A DNA stretch of 64,000 nucleotides. Source: Anaeramoeba ignava BMAN. Lineage: Eukaryota; Protista; Anaeramoebae. Each line of letters starts with the position of its first letter. The first letter of the stretch is position 1. The stretch is from the NCBI GenBank assembly GCA_028826165.1, contig JAPDFW010000097.1, forward strand, positions 62,001 to 126,000, written 5' to 3'. Both the position numbers and the translations under genes were made by a program. Below the pieces are notes generated by a model. That model searched no databases, was not told where the DNA came from, and worked only from the letters and a program-made list of their open reading frames with translations. Of this stretch, positions 35,735 to 48,990 are shown one piece after another.

Positions 35735-38700
35735 TTATTTATCAAAAGCAAAACCTAAAGAATCCAAAAATTCAATAATTTGTTGATACAAATCAGGTTC
35801 AGATTGTTGAATGAAATTATGAAAATTAACGGAAGAATTTTGATTAACAAAAATTTTAAGTTGATTAATAAAAAATTCTTTTGGATTTGGCAAAACAAAA
35901 TTATCATGAATTTTTGTAGTTGAAAAAATCAATAAAGAAAAACGAGTAGAAAATTCAACTTTTGTATTAAAATCCAATTCTTCAACTTGTTTATCATCGT
36001 TAAGTTTTGACATTTTATCAGCTTGTTTTTCTGTTGTTTTTTCGTAATTATTGATTAGTTCAAGAATACTCAATAAAATTCTTGTCCAAAATGGACTGAA
36101 ATTTTTTTCGAGAATTAGTTTTGATTCTGTAAGTAATTTTGTTAATCCAATAATTGAAATTCTTTGTTCTTTGTGGTTGTAAATTTTAGATACTACTGGA
36201 AGAATGTAAGCATCAAGAAGTCTTTGAAATAATCCTTCTTGAAGCATTTCAACTTGTTTTACAAATGTAAGAACATCATTTCGTGAAATGAATAAGAAAG
36301 TAAAAATTGCAAGAAGTCTTTTGAATTTTTCTGTTTTGTTTTTTTCTAGTCTTAATAAAATTATTCGAATAATTCTTTCTAAGAAAGGAAGGATGTGTGA
36401 ACTAATTTTAAATAAAATTAAATTAAATTAAATAAAATTAAATAAAATTAAATTAAATTAAATTAAATTAAATTAAATTAAATAAAATTAAATAAAATTA
36501 AATTAAATATTTTAAATATTTTAAATATTTTAAATATTTTAAATTGTTTACAGATCTATATTTTTGATAATAGAATTCAAAATATTAAAAGCTTCCACTT
36601 CATTTGCACGAGAAGCAATAAGTTTCTGAAAAATACCAAGAACAGCTTCAAGTTGTTGTTTTTCAAGAATAACCTGAGAAGCCTTTGAAAGGAAGCTTTG
36701 AATAAACCTTGACAAAGCAGGAACATTTCCACGACTTTCCCACAAAGGAGAAGATAAGATTGTGAGGAAAACAGAGAAAAAACTATTTGAAATATTCTGA
36801 CCAGAAAGCTCAAGCATTTGGGAGATGATCTGAAAAACATACGGTGATAAATCAGTGCCTTCTTGCTGAAGAACCTCATCAAACGCAGGAAATAAAACTT
36901 CATCAAAACTTTGAAGATCTTGATTTTCAGACTTGCAATTTCGGATCAACGCAGCAATTGACTCGAACAGATAGTGGTTGAACATCGGGTTTGTAGGATT
37001 CTTGCAGATATCGAGTAGAATAGAACAGAGCTGTTTGAGAGCAACCTCTGCGTAAGGGAGAATATATGATTTTGCAACAACAATAACGCGCAAAATTGCC
37101 TTCATCACATAGTCGTTGACTTTTTCATCAGGAAATGTCAGAATCGAGAATAGATTCTCAAGAAGCGACTCGATAAACGGTTTGATATCATCATGAGTAA
37201 ACCGACTCAAGCGCGTTTGAAGATCTCGACTGATCAAAAGCTTCTCAATTACTATTGATGAATAAGTGTTCAAAACATATATTTGAGATGTTAATAAACG
37301 AATCAAATAGTTGAATATCCCAATCAACTCCTCTTTCGGCAATTGGTTCCTAAACGAAAGTACGAACTTCAAAGAATCCGCTTGAAGTACTGGGAACTGG
37401 TTGATGTCTTCAGTGTTCAATTCGCTTAGAATATGAGAGCGATAAAAATCATTAATGTTGATCAACTCATTGATTTTTGTCACTCCACTTGATTGTGTGC
37501 TTGCAATTGTTGCCAGCGAAATCACAAGCGATATTGCAGCATCTTTTGACTTCCAATTCTGCTCCGCATTTTCTGCGTATTCATTGAACATGATTTGTAC
37601 ATATTCGGAAAATATTTCAGTTACTAATGTTTCTATGTTTGGGTTAGATCGCAATGCTTTTACAAGTTCGCAAGCTGATCTTCTTCTTGTGTCTTCGTTG
37701 CTCCCTTCAATATCCCGTCGGATGTATTCTACAGGATGAAACTCAAATAGTTCTTCTTCTGTGTCTCGGAAATACATGTTTGGAATTACAATTTTTTCAC
37801 ATATATTTTTTAGTACTTCGTTGTCTTCAAATAAGTTTTTTTGAAGTCCTTTTGCTACTGATGTTAGGAATGTGATTCCTGTTGAAACTAACTTTAATTT
37901 TCAAATAAATTTTCAAATAAATATTTTAATTTTAATTTTAATTTTATTTATATTTTAATTTTAATTTTAATTTTAATTTTAATTTTAATTTTAATTTTAA
38001 TTTTAATTTTAATTTTTAATTTTAATTTTAATTTTAATTTTTAATTTTAATTTTAATTTATAATTTTAATTTTAATTTTAATTTTAATTTTAATTTTAAT
38101 TTTAATTTTAATTTATAAATGAATTTTAATTTTAATTTTAATTTTAATTTTAATTTTAATTTTAATTTTAATTTTAATTTTAATTTTAATTTTAATTTTA
38201 ATTTTAATTTTAATTTTAATTTTAATTTTAATTTTAATTTTTAATTTTAATTTTAATTTTGATTTTTAATTTTTAATTTTAATTTTAATTTTTAATTTTA
38301 ATTTTATTTAATTTTAATTTTAATTTTAATTTTAATTTTAATTTTAATTTTAATTTTAATTTTAATTTTAATTTTAATTTTAATTTTAATTTTAATTTTA
38401 AATTTAATTTTAATTTTAATTTTAATTTTAATTTTAATTTTAATTTTAATTTTGATTTTAATTTTGATTTTAATTTTAAATTCTAGTACTCTATCATATC
38501 TCATGTCTTGTGTTGTTTTTAATAATAATGTCCAAGTATCTGTAAGAAAATTTTTAATAAATTCATCAAATTCTGTTGTATATTTTGTAACATAAAGATT
38601 AATATTTTGTATAATATTTGTTTGTAATTTTTCAATATTTGTAGGATCATCAGTTTGCTAATTAAATTTAAATAAAAAAATTATTTTTATTTTTTGAATT

Positions 38701-40180
38701 AAAAATGTATTTTGTTTTATAATTCAAAATTACAGATATAATTGATGAATTTTCATAATTTAGAAATTTGTGAAAAATTTCCATCCAAGGTTTCATATTA
38801 TCTTCAAAAAATTCTGGAAGAACTTGAACGCAAAGAGAATAAAAAATCTGAATATAAATACAAATATAAATATAAATATAAATATAAATATAAATATAAA
38901 TATAAATATAAATATAAATATAAATATAAATATAAATATAAATATAAATATAAATATAAATATAAATATAAATATAAATATAATTATAAATATAAATTAG
39001 TTTCAAATTTTTAAATTATTATTTAAATAGAAATTAACCTTAGATATTTTAATTAATGAGCTTAACATCATGTTAACATATCCAATATCATTATTATCAG
39101 TTGTGTCAAAATGATTGCTGATCTCTTGAGCAAGATCTAATAATGGTTGTTGAAGATTCTCAAGAACATATTTAATTTCAAGGAAAAGCTCATCAGATGG
39201 TTCTTCATATCGAAAACTGTTGATTATTATTTTTTAAATTGATTTTTAAATTGATTTTTTAAATTGATTTTTAAATTGATTTTTTAAATTGATTTTTAAA
39301 TTGATTTTTTAAATTGATTTTTTAAATTGATTTTTACTGTTTTATAATTGGAATTAAAATGGAAAGAATTCCATTTATTGTACTAAAATCTTTTGTTGCG
39401 AGTTTTTGAAGCAATTCCTAAATAATTTTAATTTTGAATTTTAATTTTAATTTTGATATTAATTTTAATTTTATTAAAAATACAGGAACTAAATTTTTCC
39501 AACGATCTGGAAAATCAAAGAAAGCAATAACAGATAAAGAATCTGAAAGTTGTCTTTGAATTAATTTAGGAGTTGTTAAAATAAGTGTAACAATATTTTC
39601 TTTAACTTTTTCCTTTTCTTCAGAAGTTAAACCAATTTCTTCATTATCCTTTTTAATTTTAATTTTAATTTTAATTTTAATTTTTATTTTTAATTTTAAT
39701 TTTATTTTAATTTTAATTATTAATTTTAATTTTAATTTTAATTTTAATTTTAATTACTTCATCCCATCTATCTGTAACATAATTTTTAAACCATTTAATT
39801 TGTTTTTTAATTGCAAGTCTGTGTGAAAATTTTACAGAATTATAAAATATATAAATTTAATATTATATTTATTATAAATTTAATTATAAATTTTTTTCCA
39901 ACGATTTTTAATTGTTCTTCAGCTTTTTAATTATAAATTTAATTATATATTTTATTATAAATTTAATTATAAAATTTAATTATAAATTGTTTTGAAATTT
40001 AATTATAAATTTAATTATAAATTTAATTATAAATTGTTTTGAAATTTAATTATATATTTAATTATAAATTTAATTATAAATTGTTTTGAAATTACCTTGT
40101 TTTCTTATTTCTTTATTTGTTGAAAGTGTATTTTGAAATAAAGTTGTTAAATTGTTGATTGTTTCTTCATCAAAATTCAT
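35735..40180 (-). CDS. CSE1: Exportin-2 / CSE1 (importin-alpha re-exporter), multi-exon
   Basis: [103 protein letters not shown]. Confidence 0.95.
37925..38480. repeat. Intronic microsatellite (TTTTAA)n in CSE1
   Basis: Direct hexamer repeats. Confidence 0.95.
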
Positions 40181-40489
40181 TTTTTTTTTTTAAAAATTAA
40201 TTTAGATAAAAGAAAAAAATGAAATTAAATATTTTTTTTATTTATTTTTTTATTTAATATTTTTTATAACGGTTATTTAAATATAATAATAATAATTAAT
40301 ATATATAATAATTAATATAAAAAATAATAAAAAATATATATAATAAAAAATATAAATAAATAAAAATAAATTAAAATTTTTTTTCATTTTTTTTTCATTT
40401 TTTTTTCACCTTTTTATTTTTATTTTTATTATTATTATTTTTCTTTCACTATTCCAAAAAAAAAAGCAAAAAAAAAAGATTAATTTATA

Positions 40490-42358
40490 ATGGAAAATAA
40501 AATACCTGTTGGAGCTTATATTGGGTTTTTTATCTTTATTTTTCTTGTTTTAGTTGTGCTTTGTATTTTGTTTTGTTGTTCTTGCCATGTTGTAAAACAT
40601 TCTGAAGTTATGATTTTAGAACGTTGGGGAAAATATAAGAAAACAATGCTTCCTGGTCTTTATTTTATAAATCCTTTTTGTGAATCTCCTAGAAAAATTA
40701 ATTGGAGGTTTTGTGATTCTAGTGGGTCTTATCAAAGAATTGTTCATGAAAAAACAAATCGAATTGATATTCGTGAACGTAAATTAATTTTAATTTTAAT
40801 ATTAATTTTAATTTTAATTTTAATTATAAATTTTAATTTTAATTTTATTTTAATTTTAATTTTAATTTTAATTTTAATTTTAATTTTAATTTTAATTTTA
40901 ATTTTAATATTAAATTTTAATTTTAATTTTAATTTTAATTTTAATTTTAATTTTAATTTTAATTTTAATTTTAATTTTAATTTTAATTTTAATTTTTAAT
41001 TTTAATTTTAATTTTAATTTTAATTTTAATTTTAATTTTAATTATAATTATAATTTTAATTTTAATTTTAATTTTAATTTTAATTTAATTTTAATTTTAA
41101 TTTTAATTTTTAATTTTAATTTAAATTTTAATTTTAATTTTTAATTTTAATTTTAATTTTTAATTTTAATTTTAATTTTAATTTTAATTTTAATTATAAT
41201 TTTAATTTAATTATAATTTTAATTTTAAATTTTAATTTAAATTTTAATTTTAATTTTAATTTTAATTTTAATTTTAATTTTAATTTTAATTTTAATTTTA
41301 ATTTTAATTTTAATTTTAATTTTAATTTTAATTTTAATTTTAATAATTTTAATTTTAATTTTAATTTTAATTTTAATTTTTAGATGTGATTGTTTTTGGA
41401 AAACAACCTGTTATTAGTCGAGATACAGTTTCAATAGAAATTGATGCTTTAGTTGTAATTTTTCAAATCAAATCAATTTTAATTTTAATTTAAATTTAAT
41501 TTTGATTTTAATTTTAATTTTATTTTAGTATTATCAAATCTCAGATCCAAAATTAGCAGTTTATTCAGTTCAAAATTTACCAGATGCAATCGAACTTTTA
41601 GCACAAACAAGTTTAAGAAACATTATGGCAAATTTAACATTTGATGAATGTTTTTCATCTCGGGAATTGATTAATGTAAAAAAAAAAAAGCAAAAAAAAA
41701 ATTTTTTTGTTCCACTTTTTTAATTTATTTTAATTTATTTTAATTTATTTTATTTTATTTTATTTTATTTTTTACAGAATCAATTAAAACAACAAATTGA
41801 AAGAGATGCGAATCGATGGGGAGTTATAATACATCGTTGTGAAGTTTATAATATTTTACCACCACAAGATATTGTAGCTGCAATGGAATCACAAATCCGA
41901 GAAGAAAGAGAAAGAAGAGCAGCAATTCTTTTAGCAGATGGAGCAAGAGAAAGTGAAGTAATTCGTTCAAGAGGAACAGCAGCAAAAGTAAAAAAAATAA
42001 ATAAATAAATAAAATTTTTCTTTCATTTTTGAACTTAAAAAAAAAAATTTTTTTTGTTCCACTTTTTTTTCTTTTTCATTTCTAGATTGTTTTAATGTCA
42101 GAAGGTTTTAGAACTGCTTCGATTCAAGAATCAAAAGGTTTTTCAGAAGCAAAAGTTTTACTCGCAAAAGCAGAAGCAAGATCTTTAACTGCAATTCGAG
42201 AAGCAATTCAAGATTCTAAAATTAAAGCAACTGATTATTTTTTAGCTGTTCATTATTTGCAAGCAGTCACTAGCACATTGAATACTAACAGTAGTGCTAC
42301 ACTATTTTTGGTTCCACAAGATATTCTTGATAAGATTGCAACAATAGCAGACAAATAA
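40490..42358 (+). CDS. SPFH/Band-7 (stomatin-like, paraslipin/QmcA type) membrane protein, 5 exons
   Basis: N-terminal TM, ILERWGKY...PGLYFINPF, RIDIRE, QPVISRDTVSIEIDALV, AQTSLRNIMA, RWGV...EV..I.PP.DI..AME.Q..EERERRAAIL.ADG. Confidence 0.92.
40780..41380. repeat. Intronic microsatellite (TTTTAA)n
   Basis: Direct hexamer repeats in the first SPFH intron. Confidence 0.95.
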
Positions 42359-42571
42359 GGATAATTTCCAAAAGAATTTTATTCATTTATTTTTTTTTAT
42401 TAATTTTTTTTTTATTTTGAAAGAATTTTGAACCAAAAAAAAAAATAAAAGCAATTCATTTTAAATTTTTGAATTTTAATTGAATTTCGTGTTGTTATTA
42501 TTAAATATTTTTGAGAGCTTTCTTTCCCAAAATATAAATGTCTCGATTTCTTGGAAAATGTTTTAAAGTTT

Positions 42572-43065
42572 GTTTAATATTTTTAATAAATAAAATATAA
42601 AAATTTAAATAATAAATTAACATTTTTAAATAATAAATTTATTTTAAAATATAATTTATAATTAATTTATAATTAAATATTAAATTAATTATGTTTTAAT
42701 TATTTAAATAAATTTAATTAATATTTTTAATAAATAAAATATAAAAATTTAAATTATAAATTAACATTTTTAAAAAATAAATTTATTTTAAAAATATAAT
42801 TTATAATTAATTTATAATTAAATATTAAATTAATTATGTTTTAATTATTTAAATAAATTTAATTAAATATTTTTAATAAATAAAATATAAAAATTTAAGT
42901 AATAAATTAACATTTCCAAAAATAAATTTATTTTAAAAATATAATTTATAATTAATTTATAATTAAATATTAAATTAATTATGTTTTAATTATTTATATT
43001 TATTTAATTAATATTTTTAATAAATAAAATATAAAAATTTAAGTTATAAATTGACACTTTTAAGT
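42572..43065. repeat. Intergenic ~145-nt AT-rich tandem repeat, about 3.4 copies
   Basis: aatatttttaataaataaaatataaaaatttaa recurs at ~42576, 42720, 42866, 43010. Confidence 0.9.
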
Positions 43066-43241
43066 AAATAAATTAAAATAAACAAAGATCTAATTAATTT
43101 TTTATTTTTTTTTTCTTTTTAAGTTCTCTTTTTTAAAAGAAAAAAAAGAATAAAAAGAAAAAAAAAATTTTTTAAATTAAAATAAATCATTTTTTTATTT
43201 TTTATTTTTTATTTTTCAATTAAGAAAGAAAAAAAAAAAAA

Positions 43242-43814
43242 ATGGCAAGTTTAAAATTAGTAGTTGTAGGAGGAGGAGGAGTAGGGAAATCAGCATTAAC
43301 GGTACAATTTATTCATTCACAATTCTTAGAAGATTACGAACCAACAATTGAAGATTTTTATCAAAAACAAGTAGAAATTGACGGGAAAGTATCAATGCTT
43401 GAGATCATCGACACAGCGGGACAGGAGGAGTATGCGCTTATGCGAGACACATATGTTCGTAGCGGAGATGGTTTTCTGATTGTATATGCGATTAACATGA
43501 GAAGCTCTTTTGACGAAGTGACTTTATATAAGGATAATATTCTTAAAACTAAGGAAGTAAACACTTTTCCAATGGTCATTGTAGGCAATAAGAAGGACCT
43601 TGTCGACAAACGCAAGGTCTCTCTTGATGAACTCAAGGACTTGGCAAAATTGTTCCAATGCGCTTGTATTGAAACTTCAGCTAAAACAAGAGAAAATGTT
43701 GAGGAAGCCTATTTTCAATGCGTTAGGGAAATTAGAAAAGCTAAAGGTTTAAATCGTTCAGGTAATACTAATGGTCTTCCTGCACGTCCAAAAAAGAAAT
43801 GCTTGATTCTTTGA
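43242..43814 (+). CDS. ras: Ras-family small GTPase, intronless, polybasic tail + CaaX (CLIL)
   Basis: GGGGVGKS, YEPTIED, DTAGQEEY, NKKD, ETSAK, KKKCLIL. Confidence 0.97.
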   Translation: MASLKLVVVGGGGVGKSALTVQFIHSQFLEDYEPTIEDFYQKQVEIDGKVSMLEIIDTAGQEEYALMRDTYVRSGDGFLIVYAINMRSSFDEVTLYKDNILKTKEVNTFPMVIVGNKKDLVDKRKVSLDELKDLAKLFQCACIETSAKTRENVEEAYFQCVREIRKAKGLNRSGNTNGLPARPKKKCLIL

Positions 43815-43963
43815 ACTTCTTTTCAAATCTTTTTTACCCTTTTTCTCTTTTCAGTTAAATTTATTTTTTTTGTTTTTTGATTTGATTTGATTTGATTTGA
43901 TTTGAATTTTTTAATGAAAAATTTTTGATTGATTTTTTTTTAATTAATTTTTTTTAATTTTTT

Positions 43964-46900
43964 CTAATTCATTATATCTTCTAAAACTTGTTTAAAATCT
44001 GGTTCTAATCCTCCACAAAATTCTTCATAAATTTTTAAATGCTTATCTTTTAATGAACCTAAACAATTCCGGACAAATTCAACATAATCAATAACTTCTA
44101 AAGGTAATTTGAATTGAGAAACTTCGTCAACTCTTGAATTGGTTAAAAACTCATTTTCACTTCCTTCATCATAACTATCATCATCATCATCATAATTTTC
44201 ATCACTTTCAATTTCATTATCATCATCAATTTCATCATAATTTTCATCATCACTTGATTGCATTTTGTGCTTGAATCTTGATATTTGATTAATTAATCCT
44301 TTCAATTTTTTCCCATCTTCTTCTGTTAAATTTTCATTTTGTAAATTTCCATTTTGTTCGTTTTCCATAATTTCAAATTCCAAATCTGAAGAATCTTGAT
44401 TAATATTAATTTTCTCATTTTCTTCAAAATTATTCTTTGGTTTATAAATTTTCGATTTTGTCTTATTCAAATCCTCCATTTCTTGTGTTTTGACTTGTAT
44501 CATCAAATCAAACAAACATCCAAAACAATCCTTCAAACAATCTTGCAATTCTGTGGGTAATTTTTCAGGAAATATAAACAAAGAAGCCAATCCAAAAAGT
44601 GTAAATTTTTTGATTTGAATGCTTTTGATTTTTTTCTCACGAATCAAACGAATCCAAACAGAAAAAAACTCCTTGATTGGGATTATACGGAGCTTGAGCA
44701 AAGTACTTGTTGTTCCAACAGCATCAACCCACAAACAACTTGAAAGGGAACTATATAATAAATTGACCAACGACGCATTTTTTGTTGAAACAAGTCTTTT
44801 GGATAAAATTTCGCAAAATTTAGGAATTAAATCAATAATCTTGCTTGTTGAATGCTGAATAATTGAATTCAGAAGATGGCATCCTTGCCGAGCAATCTCG
44901 GTTGAGTATTTGGGTTTTGATATTGAAATATAAGCAACATCCAAAAGTTTCTTTATATATTTCCCATTTTCTACTGAAAATAATTCCTCGTTTGATTTTT
45001 GGATAAAGAAGTTGAAAGAAGGAAGCATTTCCTCAAATAAATCAGATGCGAATTTAAATATTGATGTTAGTCCTTCAATCAAAGGGAAAAATAAATGTGT
45101 GATATTCGGCAAAAAATATGCCAAAAGTGAAACAATATCAATAATATCTTCTGCTAAATCAAACAAATCCTCTCTTATTAAAGGAATCAAAAAAGGAACC
45201 AAAACTTCTGATATTTCTTGATAGAAATCTGCATTTTCGCTCATCACAGACAATATCGTTGCAATTCCCTTCAATGATTCTGTTCCAACTAAACACATAT
45301 CATCAAATTTGCCTGAATTCACAGAATTTTGCACTGTTTCCATCATTTGAGTGCATAATTCATAAGCATGCATTGAAACCTTATTTCCAAATGTAAATAT
45401 AATTAAATTTAATATTTCAGCAACTCCATCCAATGAGATTTGCTTGTTTAAAAATAGTATTTTCTGAATCATTTCTGAGAGCGAATCTTCAAATATTGTC
45501 TTGCTGATTTGAGGGTTTTGCGATATAATTTTATTGATGCAAAACAAGGCGTGAAATTGAACAATAATTTCTGAATCATTTAATAAGCATTTTAATACAT
45601 TTTGACAACCTATGATTAAATTTTCCTGATTTTTCCATTGAATATCAACAAATTCCCCAAATATTGAACAAGCCTTAATTTTTGAAATTTTTGAAATTTT
45701 TGAAATTTTGGATTTAAAATATTTCTTTTTAAAAAAAACAAAAACAAATTACTCTTGCTCGAAGAAAGAAATAATTTGAATTAAAATCACTAAAAGTGTG
45801 TTCAACCAAAATATCTTCCATTTTGTCTGAATAAACAGTTCCCTTTTTAATTTGTGGTGCAATAGTTTGTAATAAAAGAAGAGCACCATCTTTGTGAATG
45901 AATTGCTCAATATTTTGTTCTTGATTATTCATTGAATCAATAAGGATGGAACTGATGAAATCAAGTGTAAATTGAAGGGAATCTTCTGGATATTGTTTGA
46001 TTAAATTGCTTAAAAATGTTGTTGTTATTGGTTTTGTAAGCATTAAATTATCCATTGGATTAAATTCCTGAATTAAATATTCATTTGGGAAATTTACCCA
46101 AAGATCTTCATCCTCAGGTCCAAAACAAATTAAAGGAAAGACTGTTTTAGTAATAATTTCTTGGATTGAATCACGTAATATTGAATATGTTTTATCAAGA
46201 AAAATTCTAATTTTGTTGTTTGTTTTTTTATATGTAAATATAAATTTTCAATTTTCAATTTAATTTTCAATTTACGAAACATCAAGATAAGAAATGATTA
46301 ATTGAATAACAGCTTTTGAAATCCATCCTCCTTCTTGTTGGAATTTAATTAAATTTAAACAACCTTGTAATAAAATTTGGGAATATTGATTAATAAACAT
46401 TTCCGAAAATTTTCTATAACCTTTTGAAACATAATCCAAATTTCCATATTTTTCAAATAAATAAGTAAATATTGTCATCACTCTTTTTTTGCATTTCCAC
46501 CAAATATAACCTTCTCTATCATAAATATTCTGAGGTAATTCATCTGAAGTAATATTTCTATCTAAAATCAAAGCGAAGCAATTCATCCATTCATCAAAAA
46601 TTTTAGGAATTGTTAAATCTTTTGGAATTCCAACCTTTTTTTATAAAATATAAAATTTAATATAAAATAAAATTTAAAAATAAAATTTAATTTAATATAA
46701 ATTTAAATTAAAAACCTTAATCGTTAATGTATAAATCTTGCATATAATTTTAATTAAATGCGCTGCTTCTTCATTATTAATTTCAATCAATTTTTGCAAT
46801 AATTGAAGAATAACTGAAAAACTAGCTCGAATAACTGTAATCAATGTTTTTCTTTTTTCAGAAGACATGAACGAAAACCGCTTGCAAATCTGTTTCAAAG

Positions 46901-47451
46901 ATAACAACCCCGTCATGATTTGTGATGTACTTTCACTTTGTATATACCGAATACTTGACGGTAACAATTGAGGCATTCTTGTTGGAAAATCAGAAGAAAT
47001 CATCAAAAATAAAATCCTTTCAAATTGTAATAGAATTAAGCGATGCGAATTAGACATTATCTCAAGAATGTTTTCACGCAACAACTCGCGATCTTGATTT
47101 TTAAAAGGCGAATTTTTCGATTTTCTTTTCCATGAACTTGCTACTAGGTTTTTTAAATAAATTGATCCTGCTTGTCTTAATGAAAGCGTTATTTCTTGAT
47201 TGTTCACATAATGTAGAAGTTGAATATAAAACCCATTTAAATGAACCATCTTTTTTTCATGATAATTTTTTTTATAAATTTTTTTTTCATTTCAATTTTT
47301 TTTTTAATTTTTTTTCATTTCAATTTTTTTTTTAATTTTCAATTTTTTTTACTGATTGTAATTCAAGTTCAGCTTGAGAAATAAAATCTTGTTTTGGACT
47401 TAAAAATTTCGTAAAAATTTCTGAGAATTTATTTTGAAATTGTAAATCCAT
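43964..47451 (-). CDS. Importin-7/8 (Nmd5/Sxm1-like karyopherin-beta), multi-exon
   Basis: LRQAGSIYLKNLV, SDFPTRMPQL, WWKCKK, EDLWVNFPNEY, HKDGALL, FLRARAC, acidic C-terminal tract. Confidence 0.9.
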
Positions 47452-47544
47452 TTTATTCAAAAAAAAATGAAAGAAAAAAAATGAAAAAAATTTAATTTCA
47501 AATTTTATTTTTTCATTTTTTTTCATAATTATTTTTAATTATAA
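47452..47544. promoter_or_regulatory. Compact bidirectional promoter (importin-7 / ferredoxin) with outward-facing TCATTTT initiator-like motifs
   Basis: 93 nt between divergent ATGs; AAAATGA at ~47464 and ~47478 (minus strand), TCATTTT at ~47513 (plus strand). Confidence 0.65.
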
Positions 47545-48000
47545 ATGAATTTTTTAATTCAACCAACTTTTAACCGAAATTTCAAACAAATAATTGCAAA
47601 ACAAAAACCAAAAATACTTTTTCAAAAACTGTCAAATCTGACAAGCGAAAAAATTAAAATAATTTTTAAATTACCAGATGGAAGTAAAAAAACGGTCGAA
47701 GGAAAAACGAAAGAAACTGTATTGGATGTAGCGAAACGAAGCGACATTCCATTAGAAGGAGCATGCGAAGGGAATTTAGCTTGTTCTACTTGTCATTGCT
47801 ACTTAAAAAATGAGCACTTTGATCTCTTTAAAGAACCAAGTGATCGTGAATATGATTTATTAGATTTAGCTTTTGCTGTAAAACAAACTTCTAGGCTTGC
47901 TTGTCAGTTGGTTCTCCAAAAGAAACATGATGGAATTGAGATTGAAATCCCAAAAACTCAAAGGAATATGGCTGTTGACGGTTATATTTCAAAACATTAA
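47545..48000 (+). CDS. Adrenodoxin/Yah1-type [2Fe-2S] ferredoxin with N-terminal organellar targeting-like extension
   Basis: EGACEGNLACSTCH, DLLDLAF, SRLACQ, RNMAVDG; the first ~33 aa are basic and lack acidic residues. Confidence 0.95.
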   Translation: MNFLIQPTFNRNFKQIIAKQKPKILFQKLSNLTSEKIKIIFKLPDGSKKTVEGKTKETVLDVAKRSDIPLEGACEGNLACSTCHCYLKNEHFDLFKEPSDREYDLLDLAFAVKQTSRLACQLVLQKKHDGIEIEIPKTQRNMAVDGYISKH

Positions 48001-48090
48001 ATTTTTTTTTCTTTCATTTTTTTCATTTTATTTTTTTCTTTTCATTTTTTTCATTTTTTTCTTTTTCTTTTTCTTTTTATTTTTCTTTTT

Positions 48091-48990
48091 ATGGTTAATA
48101 TAAGAAAACTTGTTTATGCTTATTTAGGTGTTTTTTTAATTATTTTTGCTTCTGTTATTGGAACTCGTTTAGATGAATCATATAAAGCAAATTGGTTGGA
48201 AAATCAATATTAAAATTTTAATTTTAATTCTAATTTTGATTTTAATTTAAATTTTATAAATGAATTTTAATTCTAATTTTAATTTTAAATTTTGATTTTA
48301 ATTTTAATTTTAATTTTAATTTTAATTTAAATTTTAATTTTAATTTTAATTTTAATTTTAATTTTAATTTTAATTTTAATTTTAATTTTAATTTTAATTT
48401 TAATTTTAATTATAATTATAATTTTAATTTTAATTTTTTTAAATTTTAATTTTAATTTTAATTTTAATTTTAATTTTAATTTTATTTTTAATTTTAAAAT
48501 GAATTTTAATTTCAATTTTAATTTTAATTTTAATTTTAATTTTAATTTTAATTTTAATTTTAATTTTATAATTTAAATTTAATTTTAATTTTAATTTTGA
48601 TTTTAATTTTAATTTTAATTTTAATTTTAATATTAATTTCAATTTTAATTATAATTTTGAAATGAATTTTAATTTTAATTTTATAAAAGGATGGTTGTTT
48701 TAATTCCATTTTTTATATTTGATCTTTTTTCATGTTTTTTCTTTGCTCTTGCAAGTATTTCTTCTGATGGAGGATCTTCATATGATTTTATTGCAAGAAT
48801 TGGTATTCTTATTTTAGTAGTTATTGTTGAAATTCCTATTATTGTTTTTCAAATTTTGGTTGGTTTACAAGCTCAAGGTTATTTAGATACTTCTTGGATT
48901 GCTATTTTTTCTCCTGTTTTTTTAATTCAAATTGCTTTATTAATTCTTTCATTCTTTAAAAAAAATAAATTGGATTTTACTATTTTTTAA
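48091..48990 (+). CDS. Small TMEM203/TMEM60/TMEM185-like membrane protein; exons 48091-48194 and 48690-48990
   Basis: Spliced TRLDESYKANWMVVLIPFFIFD and a second half-repeat LQAQGYLDTSWIAIFSPVFL. Confidence 0.7.
48215..48685. repeat. Intronic microsatellite (TTTTAA)n
   Basis: Direct hexamer repeats. Confidence 0.93.

Noticed and set aside
39760-39925. Non-canonical splicing in the CSE1 5' region, where a micro-exon does not join in frame
   Set aside because: A single-base change in an A run would restore a GT-AG in-frame join; it cannot be distinguished from a sequencing error.
43361-43636. Antisense ORFs over Ras, CSE1 and importin-7
   Set aside because: Short shadow ORFs of more GC-rich coding exons, with no recognisable motifs.
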